The notes under the pieces were generated by a model. The model ran no database searches. It saw only the letters and a list, made by a program, of their open reading frames with translations, and was not told the origin of the DNA. Positions 35,057-45,949 of a DNA stretch of 45,949 bases are shown here, in pieces (positions within the stretch are counted from its first letter, which is position 1; every line of letters begins with the position of its first letter). This DNA is from Macrostomum lignano (lineage: Eukaryota), in NCBI GenBank assembly GCA_002269645.1, contig NIVC01003653.1:1-45949 (forward strand). Direction: 5' to 3'. The position numbers were made by a program, and so were the translations under genes.

Positions 35057-35699
35057 TAAATAAATAGTGAAAACAAGTCTTAGCGGAAGTTTTTAGGTTG
35101 AACTTCAATTACTAAGAGTTAAGCTGTTGAACAGGAAAACAAAAGAGGGTTGGTATATTTGCGGCCCAAGTTGCCTCTTTATACGCTCGTATAGTCGTAG
35201 ATAAAGGAGGGGGGAAGCATAAAACATTAAAACAAATTATTATAGGGAAAAATTTAAACAAAGTAGCGTTTTTAACAAATATTAATACATTTAAACAAAA
35301 CGGGAGAAATTTACTGATTGGCTAGGATAAAATGTGCAGATTATATTACTATAAGTAAACTAGTTAGCATATTAATTTTGACCCTACCACAATATGATTG
35401 TCATTATAGATTTTTTGTTAAATTTAAATCTATAATTAATAAGTTAGTATAAATTTTGCACAAAGTAAAATAGCTTTTCAGTCTTTTTAGTTCAACCTAG
35501 CTATATTATTTTAAGATTTAACTGAAATCAACAATTTTATTTAACTAGTCATTACTAGCAATCTTTGCCCCCCGATGGGGGGCATCTAGATAGAATCTCT
35601 GGCTCTCTACAAATATCAAAAAGGCCAAATAAAGCCTTCACATAGACAATAGAAAAACTGCTCAAATGAAGTGCAATGCAAAAAGAAAACATCCCAGGA

Positions 35700-36645
35700 C
35701 AGCAAGCAACCCTCCAGATAGCAATCACCCCCAGATAGCAAGCATCTCCAGATAGCAAGCACCCCCAGATAGCAGGCACCCCAGATAGCAAGCATCCACC
35801 TAATAGCAAGCACCTCAAGATAGCAAGCATCCACCTAATAGCAAGCACCCTTAGAAAGCAAGCACCCCCAGATAGCGAGCATCCACCTAATAGCAAGCAC
35901 CCTTAGATAGCAAGCATCCACCTAATAGCAAGCACCCTTAGATAGCAAGCATCCACCTAATAGCAAGCACCCTTAGATAGCAAGCATCCACCTAATAGCT
36001 AGCACCCTTAGATAGCAAGCATCCACCTAATAGCAAGCACCCTTAGATAGCAAGAATCCCCAGATAGCAAGCACCCCCAGATAGCAAGCATCTCCAGATA
36101 ACAAGCACCCCCAGATAGCAGGCACCCCAGATAGCAAGCATCCACCTAATTGCAAGCACCCCAAGATAGCAAGCATCCACCTAATAGCAAGCACCCCCCA
36201 GATAGCAAGAACCCCCAGATAGCAAGCACCACCAGATAGCACGCACCCCCAGATAGCACGCATCTCCAGATAGCAAGCACTCCAAGATAGCAGGCACCCC
36301 AGATAGCAAGCATCCACCTAATAGCAAGCACCCCCAGATAGCTAGAACCCCCAAGATAGCAAGCATCCCCCCAGATAGCAAGCACCCCCAGATAGCACGC
36401 ATCTCCAGATAGCAAGCACTCCAAGATTGCAGGCACCCCAGATAGCAAGCATCCACCTAATAGCAAGCACCCCAAGATAGCAAGCATCCACCTAATAGCA
36501 AGCACCCTTAGATAGCAAGCACCCCCAGATAGCAAGCACCCCCAGATAGCAAGCACCCCCAGATAGCAAGCACCCCCAGATAGCAAGCATCCCCAGATAG
36601 CAAGCACCCCCAGATAGCAAGCACTCCAAGATAGTAGGCACCCCA
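35700..36645. repeat. ~17-19-bp variant satellite (AGCAAGCACCCCCAGAT / AGCAAGCATCCACCTAAT)
   Basis: Directly visible, with higher-order units. Confidence 0.95.
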
Positions 36646-36649
36646 TTTA

Positions 36650-37200
36650 TGTTTGACATGGTAGCTGTTTTGTGTTTGACATGGTGGCTCTTTAATGTTT
36701 GACCTGGTGGCACCTTAATGTCTGTAATGATGGCTCTTTAATGTTCGACATTGTGGCTCTTTTATGTTCGACATGGTGGCTCTTTAATGTTCGACGTGGT
36801 GGCTCTTTAATGTTCGACATGGTGGCTCTTTAATGTTCGACATGGTGGCTCTTTAATGTTCGACATGGTGGCTCTTTAATGTTCGACATGGTGGCTCTTT
36901 AATGTTCGACATGGTGGCTCTTTAATGTTCGACATGGTGGCTCTTTAATGTTCGACATGGTGGCTCTTTAATGTTCTCCATGGTGGCTCTTTAATGTTCG
37001 ACATGGTGGCTCTTTAATGTTCGACATGGTGGCTCTTTAATGTTCGACATGGTGGCTCTTTAATGTTTGACATGGTGGCTCTTTAATGTTCTCCATGGTG
37101 GCTCTTTAATGTTAGACATGGTGGCTCTTTAATGTTAGACATGGAGTCACATATATGTTTGACATGGTGGCCTTTAATGTTTGAAATGGTGCCACTTTTG
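36650..37200. repeat. 23-bp tandem array (GACATGGTGGCTCTTTAATGTTC), about 23 copies
   Basis: Directly visible; homogeneous centre, degenerate edges. Confidence 0.95.
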
Positions 37201-37267
37201 TTTGACATTGTGCTTCTTTTATGTTTAGCATTTTGTTTTTAGGATGTTTTAATAAAAAATTATTTTG

Positions 37268-37335
37268 CACCACTAAGATTCAAACCCAGGTCGCTGAATT
37301 AGCAGTCCAGTCTGTTCGCATCTAGGCTATCTCTT
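37268..37335 (-). other. tRNA-derived (Ser-GCT-like) relic or SINE head
   Basis: A-box-like TAGCCTAGATG, anticodon arm CTGGA-CTGCTAA-TTCAG, B-box-like GGTTTGAATC; no acceptor stem. Confidence 0.4.
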
Positions 37336-38525
37336 GTCGATTGGAGAACATGAATTGTGGCCCTTATAATTCAATTATTATAGCAAATCGGTTAGAGTAA
37401 AAAGTTATGACATAATCAATTTCTCAGTCAGCCAGTATCAGTCTCAATTTAAGTTAGCAGTATGGTTACGCAATTTAAATCAAGTCGTGTGTGCATTTCT
37501 TTGGCACTGTTTGTAACTTGCTGTGATGCAATCTTTATCAGAATTGAAATTCAGCCAGTCAGGTTTTTCTACACAGTCAGGTTTTTCTACACAGTCAGGT
37601 TTTTTTCTGTTTTTTGTACACGCAGCCGAGTACAGGGACTCTGCTTGGGGCATGATCGGGAACTCTGGGCTCAATCTGGAGGATTTCTCAGCAGGGGATC
37701 CTTTGTGGCTGTGAGCGAGGCTGACTTGCGACTTTGATTACCAAGAGTAGTATCAGGCGAACATGTACTGTCTATAGTTTAGATTGCTCAGGGCGAAGGG
37801 ACGCGTCAGCATGGGGTTGCAACCTTCCTACTGCCATTCTGCGCCAAGACTCGCTAATCCCTCTACTGCACGCACACACGGCCCCGCAGCACGCACTCAC
37901 AGGCGAACTTTGCATGGGGAGAGGCCATTAGCTTACCCAAACTTCCTTATGCTTCGCCACCCCGGGGGAAAGGCTTAGCAAGCCATGAGTGAAATGATGG
38001 TGAAGGAGTGAATAATGATGAGGTTAGTTAATAGTTAATAATTAGGCCCTTAGGCAAATAGTCAGGCAATTAGGCGGCTTCACTATTGAGTAAAATACAG
38101 CAAAAGTTACGGTATCACAATTGGCTCAGCTCTCTAATTAAGCAATGGCAAATAGGCAAACCCCGGATAAGCAAGGCGATTAGAGCACAAATTAGTAATA
38201 GGAACTTACCGGCAGCTGCACAGAGAGAGAGACGGAGTGACCGAGGGCGGCTGTAGGCTGCAGTCAGGCGGACAGTGAAGCGGCGATGCGCTGAAGCGAC
38301 GAGGCGCTGATGTAGATCAGGCGATGCTGATGATGCTGGGCGGTATTAGACCGCTGGCCGATAGGCGAGCTCAATTGGAGAGCTGAAGATAACTTGGCGG
38401 TAACAGACAGCGGACCGGCAGAGGTTCGTCCTATAGACGAATAGGTCAGAGCCACGTCTGACAGCAAGTCCAAAGAAAGACGAGGAGCCCGAAGGTTGAG
38501 GATTCTCATGCCGAAAACCGCTTCC

Positions 38526-38607
38526 TTATATAGCCTTCCCAGCCGCCGCTTCAAGGTCGTTTCCATGACTCCCTCTCTCTGATTGGCTGCCGGCAGAATG
38601 ACGTCAG
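38526..38607 (-). promoter_or_regulatory. Pol II promoter module: CRE (TGACGTCA), CCAAT, TATATAA; probably LTR U3
   Basis: Motifs in canonical order on the minus strand; GTAAGT donor about 300 bp downstream at 38209. Confidence 0.45.
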
Positions 38608-39763
38608 AATGAGTCATGAGGAAAAGCATGAGACCGGCATAGCAACATGAGAAATGGGAGAATTGCGAAATCCGGAGGTGAGGTGTGGGGATAATTGGCG
38701 CAGCGGGAGGTCGCAAAAGTGTTGCGCAAGCAAACACTGAGAACAATCGGGCTGGGGTCGAGAACAAAGGAATTGGAAAACGGGGATAATTGGGGAGATT
38801 TGAGAACAATAGAAAAGCAAACATTGGGGAAAAGGTAATAATTAGGTGCGAAAATGAGAACAATAGAGAGAGAAAATCGGAGAAAATGTGATAATTGGGG
38901 GGTAAAGAGAACAAAAAAATCAAAAACGAGAACAATAGAAGCGGAGGTGGGGTGGGTGTCGCATGAAAAATTTGGGGAGGAGAACAATGGCGTGAGAAAA
39001 GGTTGCGCAAGAGAGGGGGATGAGTCATCGAGGGGAAGAAGGGGTCACACGACTTGCGTCACCGTTTGGGAGTTTGAGAAGGGATGGGGTGACGGTGAGC
39101 GCACAAAATACTGTAAGTAGACGCAGAGAAAGGGAGGACAGCGCAGGAAAATAGGGCGAAAAGGGGCAAAAAGGGGGGAGACAGGAAGAGTGCATAGAGA
39201 ATAGGGAGGCGCGCAGGGGAGATAAGGTAGATGGAGAGGTACAAAGAGGGAGGGGGAGCTCCGGAAAGGCAAGTGTGGCGGCAGGGGAGACGGAGCCAAG
39301 GCAGCAGGGGGGTTGCAGCAGAGCGGGAGTCTCCAGGCCTGGTCGAAGACCTGACCGAGTCTCAACAGCTCTGTGCAGGGGGTGCACGGCGATAGAAGGC
39401 ACTTTCGAAAAAGTTCCCCTGCCCTATGCCGCGACCAGAGCGTGGTTACATCAGTTATTTATTGGCAATAAGTTGGCTAGAAAACGATATTTGAAAAAGT
39501 TTAACATGACGCCGAATCAAAAAGGTGGTGTACTTTTAGGCGTAAAGGCAGCGTGAATTACGTACATATTTGCATATACAGTATTAATAACAGAATAAAC
39601 GATGTTACGTAAAAGTATTAGATTGATTGGATATTGAGAGATGATTTAGTTTTGAGTATAACTGAACTTTTGATGGTAAAGACTCCTGTTTAATGAGCAA
39701 TTGCTTATTTAGTAAAATAGACATGTTGTCACACTGTCATGTAGTTATGTAATTTTAATTTTG

Positions 39764-40906
39764 TTAATAGCGAACAAACTTTTCAAATTCGCTCGGCACC
39801 TCGGCGGCTTGGCCTAAAAAGAAGAGGGTCTTCAAAATGGCTAGTTCCAGCGTAGTTGGGTGCGGCGGCAGCGGCGGTAGGGCGGCGACGGTGCGGCGGG
39901 CTACTTCGGTGATGGCCTGTCGTCGAGCGTCTGCAGTGGCCGCCTGGAAGGTTTCTTGCACATTTGGGGGCCAACGGCGGCTCTGTTGACCGTGCAGGCC
40001 AGCCTTCACAAGCAAGCGTGTCAGCTGACCGACGACCTCCTCGCGGACCGAGGTCAGGTGATTTACCTGAGTCGAGACGTCAGCCTGCTGCGGCCTGGCC
40101 TTGATGGCTGCGTTAATCGCCTCAACCAGCTCAGTTTTCGAAAACAGCCTAGACGGCGACGGGGCAGGCGACGGATGGCGGAAACGCGGCGTCAGCGGAG
40201 TGGGCGGCGTGGGGATGTCATCTAAGTTGAAGACATCCGGCTGCGGCGGCGGCGTCAGTACTCCGAGATAGTGTGCCGGAGGTGGCGAGACCGGTTAGAG
40301 CGGGGTGTGCAATACCTCCATCTGCGGATTCAGCAGGACCGGCGGTTGCGCATCTCTGGCTGGCTGCTCTTGTGGGGGCAGCAGGTCCTGCAGCGGCGGC
40401 AGGAGATCGTCGCCCGACTCCTCTTGTATGGAGCTGCTCAAGCTGCCCAGTAAATTAAGTAGATCGCCAGCCGGCGATTGGTCAGCCTCTGGTGCCTTAT
40501 GCGGCTGCACTAGCGAGCTGAGGGCCGGTCGATCGGTTGTCAGACTGGATAGCGACGCGGCTCCCTCGAGGTTCTTAGAGGCCGGTGGACGGTCGCTGGC
40601 CGAGACGGCCCTTGGCGGGTCCAGACGGAGCCGTATGGCCGCGGCGCGTTCTCTGGCTATGGCTAGCCGGTCGCCGAGCTGGGCGGGCTGGATCGGCGCC
40701 AGCCGTCTTACCTCCACCGTTGGCCGTTGATGGGGCTGCGCATCCCATCGGCTGCGGCGCCTGCGCGTCGGGTCCTGCGCCGGTGTCGGTATGACTCAGG
40801 CCGCGCGGGATGGTAGGGCAGGCCGGGTCCGCTTGCGCCCACTGGCCGGCGAGGGCGTTCTGGACGGCTCGCGATCGCGCTTCTTCCTGTTTTCTTTGCC
40901 TGTCAT
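39764..40906 (-). pseudogene. Unknown 381-codon Pro/Arg-rich ORF with two in-frame stops, 3' of a Gypsy-like pol tail
   Basis: ATG at 40906 (MTGKENRKKRDRE..GRKRTRP); a single frame through TGA 40798-40796 and TAA 40297-40295 to ..SEFEKFVRY*; joins ORF-track fragments 40295-40717 and 39764-40015. Confidence 0.6.
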
Positions 40907-40922
40907 GATGATGCTGCGGTTT

Positions 40923-41570
40923 CTAATGTTGCTTTTCAGCACTGGAACAGGCACCAGGCCGGCGGAAAAAATTGATTAACCGGCTCAAGTAGGACTTTGA
41001 CTTCGATTTAAGAACCAAGCGGTCAGGTTCCTTTCGAGCCCTAACTGGCCTGTCATTGACGGCCCATTTGATTTGAATAGTTGATGGAAAATTGGCCGAC
41101 AAAACATGACTATTCTTTGGAAAATTGACCGACATAACATGACTATTACATTGATTATTGCTATCAGAGTCTAGGTTAATCCTATCGCTATTTCTATTTT
41201 CAGGTCGCCTCAACGGTTCGACTGTAGGAGGGGATGGAGCGTCGCAAGAATCATACGGCAGTGACTCAAGCTCAACTCCATAACTTCAGGTTCCTGGATG
41301 CGGACTTCGGTTGGACGCGCGCCTGGCTGAACAGCTGATCGGAGTCGCCAGCGATAGGCGGGTCTCGTGTCCAGGTCATCTTCTTCTTCGTCAGAGTCTT
41401 CAGAGATGGCGGGGAGTGTCGCAGCTCCCCGGCGTCAGCCTGTCGAACTCGGCGATGATTCTTCGGGTCCCTGGTCCTTCGAGATCTGCAATTGGATAGT
41501 CTGAAGTGGGCACAAGGAGGAGGTTCCGGCGATGAACTACCATCTCGTCCGGTCGTTCTCGAGGGTGTCT
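40923..41570 (-). pseudogene. Probable C-terminal tail of a third Gypsy pol, cut off by the LOA-like LINE
   Basis: Fragments PDEMVVHRRNLLLVP, acidic SEDSDEEEDD and RPVRARKEPDRL, typical of Gypsy integrase C-terminal extensions; no catalytic core in the window. Confidence 0.45.
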
Positions 41571-41573
41571 AAC

Positions 41574-45949
<4,376 letters not shown>

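Larger units (their letters stand above)
35555..37784 (-). mobile_element. Non-autonomous Helitron-like unit on the minus strand; 5' end tentative
   Basis: Minus strand: TGCCCCCC-ATC-GGGGGGCA hairpin + AAGATTG + CTAG (35558-35555) then T; carries the reverse-complement shared block at about 37404-37570; tentative A|TCTAAAACTATAG 5' end at 37784. Confidence 0.65.

Noticed and set aside
34446-35340. Solo LTR call
   Set aside because: Could not find TG..CA ends with a matching TSD.
35555-36713. Cys/Trp/Leu-rich minus-strand ORFs
   Set aside because: Satellite translations with no start context or domain.
34768-37200. CRISPR-like look of the 43-bp and 23-bp arrays
   Set aside because: Head-to-tail repeats without unique spacers, no cas genes, eukaryotic context.
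37268-37335. Functional tRNA-Ser gene
   Set aside because: No acceptor-stem pairing, no long variable arm, altered T-loop.
39764-40906. env call for the extra ORF
   Set aside because: No evident signal peptide, furin site followed by a fusion peptide, or TM anchor.

Overview
Eukaryotic (animal, probably invertebrate) heterochromatin-like window made almost entirely of nested transposable elements; no intact host gene is evident. Backbone: Helitron-family DNA, comprising a decayed spliced OTU-Rep-Pif1 gene (5.6-10.2 kb, helicase C-terminus missing), an RPA70-like two-OB-fold pseudogene (17.1-18.2 kb), three hairpin+AGATTGCTAG 3' termini, TCCATATACTAAAA 5' termini, a shared internal block and several satellites. 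Inserted: two Ty3/Gypsy elements with near-identical LTR pairs (Mag-like 11.96-16.7 kb; CsRn1-like 20.2-24.5 kb with a G_GGA_AAC -1 frameshift signal), two Ingi/I-group LINEs (one with a 5' HDV-like ribozyme and 2A-PHD leader), a LOA-like LINE, a 116-bp MITE, and the 3' end of a probable third Gypsy with an extra ~380-codon ORF. The most unusual observation is a spliced CCHC-zinc-knuckle/poly-Q microgene family not resolved by the ORF track: 3 copies plus a possible vestige, all on the minus strand near Helitron DNA, one split in frame by two LINEs within its CAG tract. A palindromic twin-TATA promoter-like structure lies at 1.3-1.6 kb. All calls are by eye; family names come from motif recognition, not database searches.
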